Shown one piece after another: positions 27,427-36,786 of a stretch of DNA of 64,000 nucleotides (its first letter is position 1; each line of letters begins with the position of its first letter). A program made the translations under genes and the position numbers. The stretch is from Candidatus Latescibacterota bacterium (GTDB lineage: Bacteria; Latescibacterota; UBA2968; UBA8231): positions 2,400,001 through 2,464,000 of the forward strand of contig OZ241889.1 in assembly GCA_965203355.1 (NCBI GenBank). The letters run 5' to 3'. The notes below the pieces were generated by a model. The model made no database searches and was not told the DNA's origin. It saw nothing but the letters and a program-made list of their open reading frames with translations.

Positions 27427-28664
27427 GAAACTGTCTGTGGATAGGGTGCTGTCTCGGGGTGCTGGTCTTAGCTTGCAGCGATCGCCCGCGGCGCAACCCC
27501 CTGGACCCGCAAGCCGAGGACCGGCAGAGCGAGTCGTTTAGTGCCTTGACGGCCTTGGCGCTCGACAGCGAGGTGGCGTTGCGGTGGGACTTCTCCCACT
27601 TTTCCGATATTGAAGGCTACCGACTCTATCGCCGTCTGCCTGGGGACGAGTGGGAGCCGATCACCCCGGTGCTGGCGCCGGACGCGACCGCGTATGCGGA
27701 CGAGCGAGTGCAAAACGGGGCGCGCTACGAGTACCAACTCAGCTTGCTCGTCGCCGGGGAAGACGAGCGCCCTAGCGGCCAGCCCGTGTCTGCTACGCCC
27801 GGGCCAGAAGTCGCTTGGGTGGCCGATCGCCACGCCGGGCTGGTGTGGAAGATCAGTGCGGATGCACGCAGTGCGCATTTTGCTCAGGGGCGTTTTTTTG
27901 ACTTGGCGGCGATTGCGCTCGACGTGGCCAATGGTTCGTGTTGGGTCAGCGACCGGGGGTTTGCCGGGCTGTACCGGATTGCGAAAGACGGCGCGTTGGC
28001 CGCGCTGGGCGCGGCGGTGGATAAGCCCGGTGCTCTGGCCATTGACGCGGCCGCACGCATTGGCTGGCTGGCCGACGCCGGGCGCCAGCGGGTTTTTTGG
28101 TTTTCCTTGGACGCGGCCGATTCGCTGGCTCTCATTCCGGTCGATGCCTCCTTTGCCCGGCCTGTGGCGTTGGCCGCACAGGCCGGAGGCTGCTGGATCG
28201 CCGACCAAGCCCAAAGCCGCGTACTGCTCTACCAGACCGACGGCACCCGCGCCGCTGAATTCCAGGTGCTGGCGGCTCCCCAAGTGCTGGTGGCAGGCCG
28301 AGGGGGCGATGTGTGGCTGTTGGGCGGCGAGGGGCATCGCTTGGCGCGGCTGGACCGCGCCGGCACCGTCCGCTACGTGGAGCTGCCTTTTGCCGCGGCC
28401 GTGGGACTGGCCGTGGATGATGCAAGCGGAGCCTGCTGGGTGTTGGGAGAACGGGATCTGGCGGTGTTCTCAGCCGCCGGGACCTTAGAGCAGCACTGGG
28501 CCGACGTGCCCGGCGGCCGGGCCCTGTCCTTTGACGCCGTGCAGCAGCGGGCTTGGCTGGCGACCGATGACGGGGTGTGGAAATTCACGGCCGAGGGCCA
28601 AACCCTGGCACAACTCGTCGGTTTTTCGTCCATCGTCCGCATTGCCGTGGATCCAGGCCGCTGA
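27423..28664 (+). CDS. Lipoprotein with FN3 domain and NHL-like beta-propeller
   Basis: LVLAC lipobox, RRNPLDP, LRW...GYRLYRR...YEYQL (FN3), repeated WVAD/WIAD blades. Confidence 0.75.
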   Translation: MRNCLWIGCCLGVLVLACSDRPRRNPLDPQAEDRQSESFSALTALALDSEVALRWDFSHFSDIEGYRLYRRLPGDEWEPITPVLAPDATAYADERVQNGARYEYQLSLLVAGEDERPSGQPVSATPGPEVAWVADRHAGLVWKISADARSAHFAQGRFFDLAAIALDVANGSCWVSDRGFAGLYRIAKDGALAALGAAVDKPGALAIDAAARIGWLADAGRQRVFWFSLDAADSLALIPVDASFARPVALAAQAGGCWIADQAQSRVLLYQTDGTRAAEFQVLAAPQVLVAGRGGDVWLLGGEGHRLARLDRAGTVRYVELPFAAAVGLAVDDASGACWVLGERDLAVFSAAGTLEQHWADVPGGRALSFDAVQQRAWLATDDGVWKFTAEGQTLAQLVGFSSIVRIAVDPGR

Positions 28665-28744
28665 GGCTGGCCACCCTCGCTTGCATCCGATGTACTCCTT
28701 GACGACCTTCCCTTAGTTGTAGTTTTAATCCCGCGAGAAGCAAT

Positions 28745-29713
28745 ATGACCGAGCCCGTTCTCATTCACAGCATGACCGGTTTTGGCCGTGCGGCAGCCGA
28801 GCGGCGGGGTTTGCGGCTTGCCGTTGAACTGCGGTCGGTCAACAGCCGCTATCTCGATATACAGGTGCGCTGCCCGGCTGATCTCCAGCCCTTTGAGCAG
28901 GCCATCCGCGCGCGGATTCAGGCGCAGGTCAGGCGCGGCAAGATAAACGCGCACCTGGCTTGGGAAGAGGAAAACCGGCCCGAGGCCCTGCCCCAGTTAG
29001 ACGAGGAAGCCGCCAAGCACTATCTGGCCCAGCTACGGCGGCTCGCTGAATTGGCTCAGATCGAAGCGGCGGAGGATCGGGCAACGCGCTCGCCGTGGAG
29101 GGCGTTTTGGGGTCGTTTTAAGGGACTAGAGCATTTCAATGTGGGCATTGAGCGGGTGTTGTTGGCAAAGCTGCCCAATCTCTTTCGCGTCCAAGCCGCA
29201 GCGCTAGATAGCACCGTCGTGCAAGAGGTGCTGTGGATAGGGTTGGACCAAGCGCTGGCCGAGTTAGTGGCCATGCGCCAGGCCGAAGGACACACCCTCG
29301 CGGCGGATTTGCGCGCCCGCGCCGCGGCGGTGGAGACGCGGCTGGAGCGCGTGGCCGAGCGTGCGCAGACGACCCGGGGGCAGGTTGCCGAGCGGCTGCG
29401 GAAAAAAATCGCCGATCTGCTCGCGCTCGGAGCGGTGGCCGAAGATCGCCTCGCCACGGAGATCGCCTTGATCGCCGAGCGCAGCGACATCGTCGAGGAG
29501 CTCGTGCGCTTCCGCAGCCACAATGCCCAGTTCCTCGATACCTTGGCGCAGGGTGGTGAAGTGGGCAAACGCTTGAACTTTCTCTTGCAAGAAATGCACC
29601 GCGAAGCCAACACCATCAGCGCCAAAGCGGCCGACGCCGAGATCGCCCATTGGGTGGTCGAGATCAAAGAGGAGCTTGAGCGGTTGCGCGAGCAGGTGCA
29701 AAACTTGGCGTGA
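28745..29713 (+). CDS. yicC: YicC/YloC family endoribonuclease
   Basis: SMTGFGR, ELRSVNSR, RRGK, DIVEELVRF.SH, GKRLNFLLQEMHREANT, REQVQN. Confidence 0.92.
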   Translation: MTEPVLIHSMTGFGRAAAERRGLRLAVELRSVNSRYLDIQVRCPADLQPFEQAIRARIQAQVRRGKINAHLAWEEENRPEALPQLDEEAAKHYLAQLRRLAELAQIEAAEDRATRSPWRAFWGRFKGLEHFNVGIERVLLAKLPNLFRVQAAALDSTVVQEVLWIGLDQALAELVAMRQAEGHTLAADLRARAAAVETRLERVAERAQTTRGQVAERLRKKIADLLALGAVAEDRLATEIALIAERSDIVEELVRFRSHNAQFLDTLAQGGEVGKRLNFLLQEMHREANTISAKAADAEIAHWVVEIKEELERLREQVQNLA

Positions 29714-29721
29714 GGGCATTC

Positions 29722-30264
29722 ATGGCATCCGTGCAGATCATCACCATCAGCGGCTTAGCTGGCAGCGGCACCACTACGGTGTGCGACCGGCTGTGTGCGC
29801 GGCTGGGCTGGGCTTATGTCAATGTCGGAGCCGTCTTTCGCACGTTGGCCCAAGAAGCGGGCGTGAGCTTGGCCGAGTTGGGGCAGCGGGCCGAAGCCGA
29901 TGGCCGCATCGACCGCCAGCTCGACGAATGCTTAATGGAGCGCGCGCGGCTGTGTGCGCCGGTCGTAGTTGAAGGGCGACTCACCGGCTGGATGGCCCAG
30001 CGGCACCAACTTCCGGCCCTCAAGGTCTGGCTGCAAGCGGCACTCGCCGTGCGGGCCGAGCGCGTAGGGCAGCGCGAGGGCAAGCCGCTGGCGCGAGCAC
30101 TCGCAGAAACGCGCCAACGCGAGGCGTCCGAGGCCCAGCGCTACGCCGCCCATCACCAAATCGCCATCAGCGACTTGTCGGTGTACGACTTGGTCGTTGA
30201 TACCGAGTGCTGCGATCCTCAAGCCGCCTGCGCGCACATTTTGGCGCACCTCGATCCGCCATGA
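29722..30264 (+). CDS. cmk: Cytidylate kinase, archaeal-type (short Cmk)
   Basis: ITISGLAGSGTTT, G.VFR.LA, IDRQLD, VVEGRL.GW, KVWL.A, YDLVVDT. Start ATG 29722 or GTG 29710. Confidence 0.8.
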   Translation: MASVQIITISGLAGSGTTTVCDRLCARLGWAYVNVGAVFRTLAQEAGVSLAELGQRAEADGRIDRQLDECLMERARLCAPVVVEGRLTGWMAQRHQLPALKVWLQAALAVRAERVGQREGKPLARALAETRQREASEAQRYAAHHQIAISDLSVYDLVVDTECCDPQAACAHILAHLDPP

Positions 30265-31460
30265 GCTTGCAGGGCCGCCACATCCTGCTCGGGGTCACCG
30301 GTGGCATTGCCGCGTACAAGACGCCAGAGATCGTGCGGTTGCTGATGGCCGAAGGGGCCGAGGTGCGGGTAGTGCTGACTCGGGCGGCTGGCGAATTTGT
30401 CGCGCCCAAGACGTTGGAGGTACTTTCCCGCCACGTGGTTTATGCCGACTTGTTCGGATGCGACTCTGAGTTTCCCGTTTTGCACGTTGGGTTGGCCGAG
30501 TGGGCCGACTTGATTTTGGTGGCTCCGGTCACGGCGCACAGCTTGGGACGTATGGCCGGCGGTTTGGCTGACGATTTGCTCACCGCGGCGTTGTTGTGTG
30601 CGGATGGGCCGGTCCTGCTGGCGCCGTCGATGGAGGAGAACATGTTGGCCAATGCCGCGGTTGCGGCCAATGTGCAGACCTTGGCAGCGCGGGGGTTTCA
30701 CCTGCTCGAACCGGGCGTGGGGCCTTTGGCGTCGGGTGCGGTTGGCCGCGGGCGGATGCCCGAGCCAGCCGAGTTGGTCGCGGCGGTGACCGCGCATTTC
30801 AGCGGCGACTTGGCTGGGCTGAAGCTGCTGGTAACGGCTGGTCCCACGGTCGAGGACCTGGACCCGGTGCGCTTTATTTCCAATCGCTCATCGGGCAAGA
30901 TGGGCTATGCAGTGGCCGAGCGCGCCGCAGCGCGTGGGGGGCGCGTGTGGCTGGTTTCCGGGCCGACTTCACTGCCGGCGCCCGCTGGCGTGGAGCGGCA
31001 GTTGGTGCGCTCCACGCGCGACATGCAGGGCGCGGTCGAAGCCTTGTTCGAGCAAGTGGATGGGGCGATTTTGGCGGCGGCTCCGGCCGACTACCGCGCC
31101 AAGGCGGTGGCCGCGCAAAAAATCAAGCGCGGCGCAGCGTCCCGCTCTATCGAGTTGGTCGAAAACCCGGACATTGCCGCTGGTCTGGGGCGGCGCAAGG
31201 GCCAGCGGTGGCTGGTCGTCTTTGCGATGGAGACGGAACAGGGGCTACAGCGGGCGCGAGAGAAGCTGGCGCGCAAGGGGGGCGACTTAATCGCGCTCAA
31301 CATGCTCAACGAAGCGGGGGCTGGTTTTGCCGGCGACACCAACCGCGTTACCTTGATCGACGACGCCGGACGCGAGGAAGCCCTGCCCTTGCTGAGTAAA
31401 TCCGCGGTCGCCGACCGCATCCTCGATTGGGTGCGGGCGCGGCGGGAGGCGGCCGTTTAA
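30261..31460 (+). CDS. coaBC: Bifunctional phosphopantothenoylcysteine decarboxylase/synthetase
   Basis: LLGVTGGIAAYK, APSM, GRGRM, VTAGPT.E.LDPVRFISNRSSGKMGYA, AAPADY. Confidence 0.95.
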   Translation: MSLQGRHILLGVTGGIAAYKTPEIVRLLMAEGAEVRVVLTRAAGEFVAPKTLEVLSRHVVYADLFGCDSEFPVLHVGLAEWADLILVAPVTAHSLGRMAGGLADDLLTAALLCADGPVLLAPSMEENMLANAAVAANVQTLAARGFHLLEPGVGPLASGAVGRGRMPEPAELVAAVTAHFSGDLAGLKLLVTAGPTVEDLDPVRFISNRSSGKMGYAVAERAAARGGRVWLVSGPTSLPAPAGVERQLVRSTRDMQGAVEALFEQVDGAILAAAPADYRAKAVAAQKIKRGAASRSIELVENPDIAAGLGRRKGQRWLVVFAMETEQGLQRAREKLARKGGDLIALNMLNEAGAGFAGDTNRVTLIDDAGREEALPLLSKSAVADRILDWVRARREAAV

Positions 31461-31484
31461 TCCGCGCTGAGCGAGGATGTCGTC

Positions 31485-32168
31485 ATGGAAGAGCGGAGCG
31501 AGGACGTGCTGGCCGAGGCCCGGCGCTATTTATCCGATTTAGTGGCTTTTGAGGGTACCCAATTTACCGCACCGGAGTTGATTGTGGAGCATAAGGCAGA
31601 GGAACCGGCCGTTGATGCGCTAGCGGCCTTTCGCCGGCAGATTTGCGAATGCACGCGCTGTCGGCTAGGTGCGACGCGGCAGCAGTTCGTGTTTGGCAGC
31701 GGCGATCCCTCGGCCGGCATCATGTTCATCGGCGAGGCGCCAGGGGCCGAGGAAGACCGGGCGGGCCAGCCCTTTGTCGGCAAGGCCGGTCAACTGCTGA
31801 CCAAGATCATCGAGGCGATGGGCTTGTCCCGCGACGCGGTCTATATCTGCAACATACTCAAGTGCCGCCCGCCCAATAACCGCGACCCCCAGCCCGACGA
31901 GATCGAGTTGTGCGAGCCGTATCTCAAGCGCCAGATCGAAATCATCCAGCCCCGCGTCATCTGCACCTTGGGCCGCTTTGCCGCGCAAACCCTGCTCCGC
32001 CGCAGCGAGCCGATGGGCCGCTTGCGCGGTCAGTCCCACCACTACGAAGGCATTCCCTTGGTGGCCACGTATCACCCGGCGGCGCTCTTGCGCAACCCCC
32101 AGTGGAAGCGCCCGACTTGGGAGGACATGAAGCGGGTGCGGCAGCTCTACGACGGGGTCGAACTCTAA
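31485..32168 (+). CDS. Uracil-DNA glycosylase, family 4 (Fe-S)
   Basis: [37 protein letters not shown]. Confidence 0.93.
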   Translation: MEERSEDVLAEARRYLSDLVAFEGTQFTAPELIVEHKAEEPAVDALAAFRRQICECTRCRLGATRQQFVFGSGDPSAGIMFIGEAPGAEEDRAGQPFVGKAGQLLTKIIEAMGLSRDAVYICNILKCRPPNNRDPQPDEIELCEPYLKRQIEIIQPRVICTLGRFAAQTLLRRSEPMGRLRGQSHHYEGIPLVATYHPAALLRNPQWKRPTWEDMKRVRQLYDGVEL

Positions 32169-32185
32169 TTTTTTGGAGCTAAACC

Positions 32186-33568
32186 ATGACCCAAACTCCA
32201 ACGGAGGCGCAGGATCTCGGGCGGATGCCGCCGCAGGCCGTAGAGGTCGAACAGGCCGTACTCGGGGCGATGATGCTAGAGCAGCGGGCCATCGTCCGCG
32301 CCTTTGAAATCCTCGACGAAAGCTGTTTCTACCACGCCCCGCACGGCCGGATATTTGCGGCCATGCTCGCCCTTTTTGAGCAGGGCACGGCGGTCGATCA
32401 GCTAACGTTGACCGAGGAGCTCAAGCGGCGCGGCCAGATCGACGACGTCGGCGGGGTTGTCTATCTGGCCAAGTTGGGGTCTGAAGTGGCGACGACGGCC
32501 AACATCGACTTTCACGCGCGGCTCGTCTTGGAAAAGGCGCTGGGCCGCAAGTTGATCGAAACCGCTAGCGAAATCATCGAGCGGGCCTATGCGGCCGACG
32601 AGGATGTCCAACTGCTGATCGACCATGCCGAGCAGAAGCTGTTCACCCTGAGCGAAAATCAAATCGGCGCCGGCTTTGAGCCGCTCGAAAAGGTGATGGG
32701 TGAGACGTTTGAGCACCTGGAGACCGTCCACGCGAGGAAGGGCACGGTCTTGGGAGTGGACACGGGTTTTACCGATCTCAACGACCAGATGTCGGGTTTT
32801 CAGAAGGGAGATCTGATCATTCTCGCGGCGCGGCCCAGCGTCGGCAAGACGGCCCTCGCGTTGACGCTGGCGCGCAATGCGGCCGTGGACGCTGGGGTCG
32901 GGATGGCGATTTTTAGCTTGGAAATGTCGAAGATGCAACTGGCGCAGCGCCTGCTCAGCATAGAGACCAAGGTCGATTTGCACAAGCTCCGCACGGGGCG
33001 GCTGAGCGAAGAAGATTGGATGAACCTAACGCACAATATCGAACGCTTGGCCCGGGCGCCGATCTACATTGACGACACCCCCGGCATCTCGGTGCTCGAA
33101 GCGCGTGCCAAGGCGCGGCGGCTGCAGCGCGAGCACGGGATCGGTATGGTCATAATCGACTATCTTCAGCTCATGAGCGGGCACATTAGAACGCCGAGCC
33201 GCGAGCAGGAGATTTCGCATATCTCGCGCGGCCTCAAGGCCATGGCAAAAGAATTGGACGTGCCGGTTTTGGCCTTGTCGCAGTTGTCGCGCGCCGTAGA
33301 AAGCCGCACGGACCGGCGGCCGCAGCTATCGGACCTGCGGGAGTCGGGCAGCTTGGAGCAGGACGCCGATGTGGTGATGTTCATCTATCGCCCGGAGATG
33401 TACGACCTCAAATCCCCGGATGGCGGGAGCCTTGAAGGTTTCGCCCAAATCATCATCGGCAAGCAGCGCAACGGCCCGGTTGGTTCGGTAGAGTTGATGT
33501 GGAACAAGGAAAGTGCCACCTACGAGACGATGGCGCCTGGTTGGCAGACCGAGCCGGAAGCGTATTAA
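32186..33568 (+). CDS. dnaB: Replicative DNA helicase
   Basis: PPQA.EVEQAVLG, AARPSVGKT, FSLEM, IDYLQL, LSQLSR, SDLRESGSLEQDAD, KQRNGP. No intein. Confidence 0.97.
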   Translation: MTQTPTEAQDLGRMPPQAVEVEQAVLGAMMLEQRAIVRAFEILDESCFYHAPHGRIFAAMLALFEQGTAVDQLTLTEELKRRGQIDDVGGVVYLAKLGSEVATTANIDFHARLVLEKALGRKLIETASEIIERAYAADEDVQLLIDHAEQKLFTLSENQIGAGFEPLEKVMGETFEHLETVHARKGTVLGVDTGFTDLNDQMSGFQKGDLIILAARPSVGKTALALTLARNAAVDAGVGMAIFSLEMSKMQLAQRLLSIETKVDLHKLRTGRLSEEDWMNLTHNIERLARAPIYIDDTPGISVLEARAKARRLQREHGIGMVIIDYLQLMSGHIRTPSREQEISHISRGLKAMAKELDVPVLALSQLSRAVESRTDRRPQLSDLRESGSLEQDADVVMFIYRPEMYDLKSPDGGSLEGFAQIIIGKQRNGPVGSVELMWNKESATYETMAPGWQTEPEAY

Positions 33569-33577
33569 CCGGGCCCC

Positions 33578-34591
33578 ATGTTCATCGACGAAATGACCAT
33601 CGCGGTGGAGTCGGGTAGTGGTGGCAATGGTTGCTGTTCGTTTCGGCGCGAAAAATACGTGCCGCGTGGCGGGCCGGACGGCGGCGATGGCGGCGACGGC
33701 GGTGCTGTGATTTTCCGCGTTGACCCCCAACTCAACACACTGCACGACTTCCGCTATCAACGCCATATCCGCGCGGGTCGCGGTGCCCACGGCGAGGGCC
33801 AGCGCCGGACGGGTCAGCGCGGCGAGCACGCGATTATCTGCGTCCCACCGGGTACGCTCTTGCGCGATGAAAAGGGCGCGCTGATCTGCGACATGGTCGA
33901 GGATGGGCAGGAGTTGGTGTTGCTGGCGGGTGGGCGCGGAGGCCGCGGCAACGCCCGCTTTGCCACGTCCCGCGTACAGGCCCCACGACGCGCTGATTCC
34001 GGGCGAGCGGGCGAGCAAATGGTGGTGCGGCTGGAGCTAAAATTGCTGGGGGATGTGGGGCTGGTGGGCTTTCCCAACGCGGGCAAATCCACGCTGCTGG
34101 CGCGGCTTTCCGCCGCCCAGCCCAAAATTGCCGACTATCCCTTTACGACTTTGGAGCCGAATTTGGGGATCGTGCAGTGGGCCGAGGGCGAGAGTTTTGT
34201 GTTGGCCGATTTGCCTGGGCTGATCAAAGGGGCACGCGAAGGCAAGGGGTTGGGCATGCGGTTTTTGCGGCACATTGAACGCACGCGGATCTTGCTGTTT
34301 GCCATTGACTGTACCAGCCCGGATCCGCGCGGCGAATTGGAGGCGCTCCGCGGCGAATTGGCGTCTTTCGACGCGGGGATGCGGCACAAGCCGGCTGGGA
34401 TTGCGCTGACTAAGGCCGACTTGCTGGGGCCGGACGCGGATTTTGCCGACCCATTCGCCGACTTGCGCGTACCGCGTTTTCTGGTTTCGGCCATCAGCGG
34501 TCGCGGGGTGCCTGAGATGACGCGCAGTGTGGGGCAGGCGGTGAAGAAGTTGCGTGCTGACGAAGCGGAGAAAGACGATACGCCGTTCTAA
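33578..34591 (+). CDS. obgE: GTPase ObgE/CgtA
   Basis: MFIDE, FRREKYVPRGGPDGGDGG, GFPNAGKST, ADYPFTT, DLPG. Confidence 0.96.
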   Translation: MFIDEMTIAVESGSGGNGCCSFRREKYVPRGGPDGGDGGDGGAVIFRVDPQLNTLHDFRYQRHIRAGRGAHGEGQRRTGQRGEHAIICVPPGTLLRDEKGALICDMVEDGQELVLLAGGRGGRGNARFATSRVQAPRRADSGRAGEQMVVRLELKLLGDVGLVGFPNAGKSTLLARLSAAQPKIADYPFTTLEPNLGIVQWAEGESFVLADLPGLIKGAREGKGLGMRFLRHIERTRILLFAIDCTSPDPRGELEALRGELASFDAGMRHKPAGIALTKADLLGPDADFADPFADLRVPRFLVSAISGRGVPEMTRSVGQAVKKLRADEAEKDDTPF

Positions 34592-34600
34592 TAGCACAAC

Positions 34601-35083
34601 ATGCCAACTGTTTATTTGGAAACGACGGTTCCCAGTTACTTAGCGGCCCGGCCAAGTCGAGATAGTATAATTGCTGCTCATCAGCAGATCACGCGTGATT
34701 GGTGGCGCGATGCGTGCCCGTATTTCGATGTTCATGTCTCTGAGGCCGTGTTGTCAGAAATTCGCGATGGTGATTCAGAGGCAGTCGCACGACGTCTCGC
34801 GGTCGTAGAAGGCTTGCCTGTCGTAGAAACTAACGATGATGTACGGAATCTCGTTTACATTTACGATCAATGTCTTGGTTTGACTGGCCGTGCCCAGTCA
34901 GATGTAATCCATATTGCTTTCGCTGTTGCGTATGCAATGGATTATCTCGTAACGTGGAACTGTGCTCATATTGCGAATAGGGCCGTCATTCGGCGGCTCA
35001 TGGACATTAATTCGGAGTTACATCGTCGTACTCCTATTGTCGTTACCCCGGAAGAAGTTCCGATACCCGGAGGAGAATTATGA
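34601..35083 (+). CDS. PIN-domain (VapC-like) toxin
   Basis: VYLETTVPSYL, S..V..E, D..HIA.A, DYLVTWNC.HIAN, IVVTPEE. Lower GC. Confidence 0.85.
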   Translation: MPTVYLETTVPSYLAARPSRDSIIAAHQQITRDWWRDACPYFDVHVSEAVLSEIRDGDSEAVARRLAVVEGLPVVETNDDVRNLVYIYDQCLGLTGRAQSDVIHIAFAVAYAMDYLVTWNCAHIANRAVIRRLMDINSELHRRTPIVVTPEEVPIPGGEL

Positions 35084-35847
35084 ACCGCGATCCCATTGTT
35101 GAAGAAATTCATCAAACGAGGGAAAAAATGTTGGCGGAATGCAATGGCGATCTCGGCAAACTGCTAGACCGATTGCAGGCCGCCGAAAAACGAGAAACTC
35201 GCAGTCGTATGGTATCCGCGCCCTTGCCCGCAAAGATCCACGTAGTGAAATCGGCTGAATCCGTGATTCGTGGACTCGTCGGTGCAATCCCGGACGTTGG
35301 AACCGCCCTAAACGAGGCTATCTTTGACCTGCGCGCCCGTCTTAAACAGGAGCGGCTCGAAAAGTTCGTGGAGGAGTTAGCTAGCATCCTTCAGACCCTT
35401 AAATCCGACAAGATAGATGTCGCCTACATTCAAAGTGCAGAGTTTGTCGATTTCCTAGAAGATGTCTTGGTGCGCGCCGCCAAAGTCAGAGCGGATGAAA
35501 AACGAAGAAAACTGGCCGCAGTACTCGCGGGCCGGTTGCAACACGCCGAAGGTACGCCTTTCGACGATCGCTTTCTGGATCTGTTGATTACCCTGTCAGA
35601 CATCCAAGTGTGCATTTTGGCTGAACATCTACGGGCGGCTGAGAAACGAGAACACTCCGATTCAGCGGAAGACGCTAAGCATCGCCAGCCGAGTTACTAC
35701 AATGTCCCGGAGTCAGAGTATCTTCTTTTGCTCCAAGATTTAACGTCAAAGGGACTTTTTGTTTTTGCAGGTATAGCTCTCGGGGAGGTAACAGAGCTGG
35801 GGCGCACGTTTATCTACTTCTTAGAGAATGATGATCGTGCACTTTGA
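35080..35847 (+). CDS. Fusion of small PIN-partner (putative antitoxin) domain and Abi-alpha/DUF4393-like domain
   Basis: GGAG RBS and ATGA overlap. N-terminal DPIVEEIHQTRE...GDL. C-terminal IPDVG, DEKRR.LA, FL..L..LS, L...GL, VTELG..FI.FL. Confidence 0.6.
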   Translation: MNRDPIVEEIHQTREKMLAECNGDLGKLLDRLQAAEKRETRSRMVSAPLPAKIHVVKSAESVIRGLVGAIPDVGTALNEAIFDLRARLKQERLEKFVEELASILQTLKSDKIDVAYIQSAEFVDFLEDVLVRAAKVRADEKRRKLAAVLAGRLQHAEGTPFDDRFLDLLITLSDIQVCILAEHLRAAEKREHSDSAEDAKHRQPSYYNVPESEYLLLLQDLTSKGLFVFAGIALGEVTELGRTFIYFLENDDRAL

Positions 35848-35905
35848 TGCCGATGAGAAACGCGGGCATCGCATCTCTGGCCGAATCGGCGAATGAATCG
35901 ACGCA

Positions 35906-36751
35906 TTAATTCCGAAAGCCGAGGAACTGTCGCGCAGCCTCGCCCATGATAGACTGGCGCTGATCGCCGCTCAGGTCGGGCAGTAGGTGATCGAGCACTT
36001 CGACGCACGCGCCGTAGCCGGGATCGGCGACAATCCAGGGAAAATCCGAAGCCCACAGCAGGCGTTCCGCACCAAAGGCAGACAACAGGCGGCGGTGCCA
36101 AGCGGCCAAGTCGGGATAGGGATAGGTGGCCTTGCTCATGGCGTATTGGCCCGACAGGTGGACGCAGACGTTGGGCGAATCGGGCGCGGGGCCGAGATAC
36201 CCGGTCGGCGGTGGCATCTCCACGTCGATCTGCGGACGGCCCTTGGCGTCCCAAGTAAATCGATCCTCGCGTGGACAGACCATGAGGTGATTGACCACGA
36301 CGCGCACTTGGGGAAAGTCCGCTAGGAACTGGGGCAGCAGCGGGGCGGAGGTAGAGTGCAGATAGAGCCAGAGCACGTAGTCTTTGCGGGCGGCGTGTTC
36401 CCATATAGGCCGGGAAAACTCGCCGAGCGCGCGAAGCCGGAAGCCGATGATCGAGCCGGCTTCGGCGAGGCGGTCCATGTGGTCGGCGGGTGTGGGCGCA
36501 TCGGGCGGTATCAAGCCGATGCCCAAGAAGCGGTCGGAATAGGTGCGCAGGCAGTGTCGTAAATAGGCGTGATGCGCCAAACTGGTGCCGCCGGTTTGCA
36601 CGAGCACGGCCTTGTCGATGGCGTGGTCGGCCATGTGCGCCAAGAGTGCTTCGACGGGTGCTTCGCGCTCGGCGGGCATGCTTGGGGTGATCGCGCGGGG
36701 GAACTCGGCACTGGGGCGGGCGAAGACGTGTAGGTGAGAGTCGATGCGCAT
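35906..36751 (-). CDS. Amidohydrolase family protein (Amidohydro_2)
   Basis: MRIDSHLHV, AVLVQ, VVNHL, FGAERLLWASDFPW. Confidence 0.9.
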   Translation of the reverse strand: MRIDSHLHVFARPSAEFPRAITPSMPAEREAPVEALLAHMADHAIDKAVLVQTGGTSLAHHAYLRHCLRTYSDRFLGIGLIPPDAPTPADHMDRLAEAGSIIGFRLRALGEFSRPIWEHAARKDYVLWLYLHSTSAPLLPQFLADFPQVRVVVNHLMVCPREDRFTWDAKGRPQIDVEMPPPTGYLGPAPDSPNVCVHLSGQYAMSKATYPYPDLAAWHRRLLSAFGAERLLWASDFPWIVADPGYGACVEVLDHLLPDLSGDQRQSIMGEAARQFLGFRN

Positions 36752-36786
36752 AGTTTTATTGGGTTTGGATGAGGTTAAAGTAAACA

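Noticed and set aside
30721-30760. CoaBC decarboxylase motif LASG instead of LACG
   Set aside because: To my knowledge the Ser variant is common in Bacteroidota-type CoaBC, so it is not distinctive.
32186-33568. Possible intein in DnaB
   Set aside because: Length is normal (460 aa) and motifs are contiguous.
35848-35905. Short hairpin (GATGCC...GGCATC) and CGAAT-type micro-repeats between convergent genes
   Set aside because: Too short and degenerate to call a terminator or repeat element.
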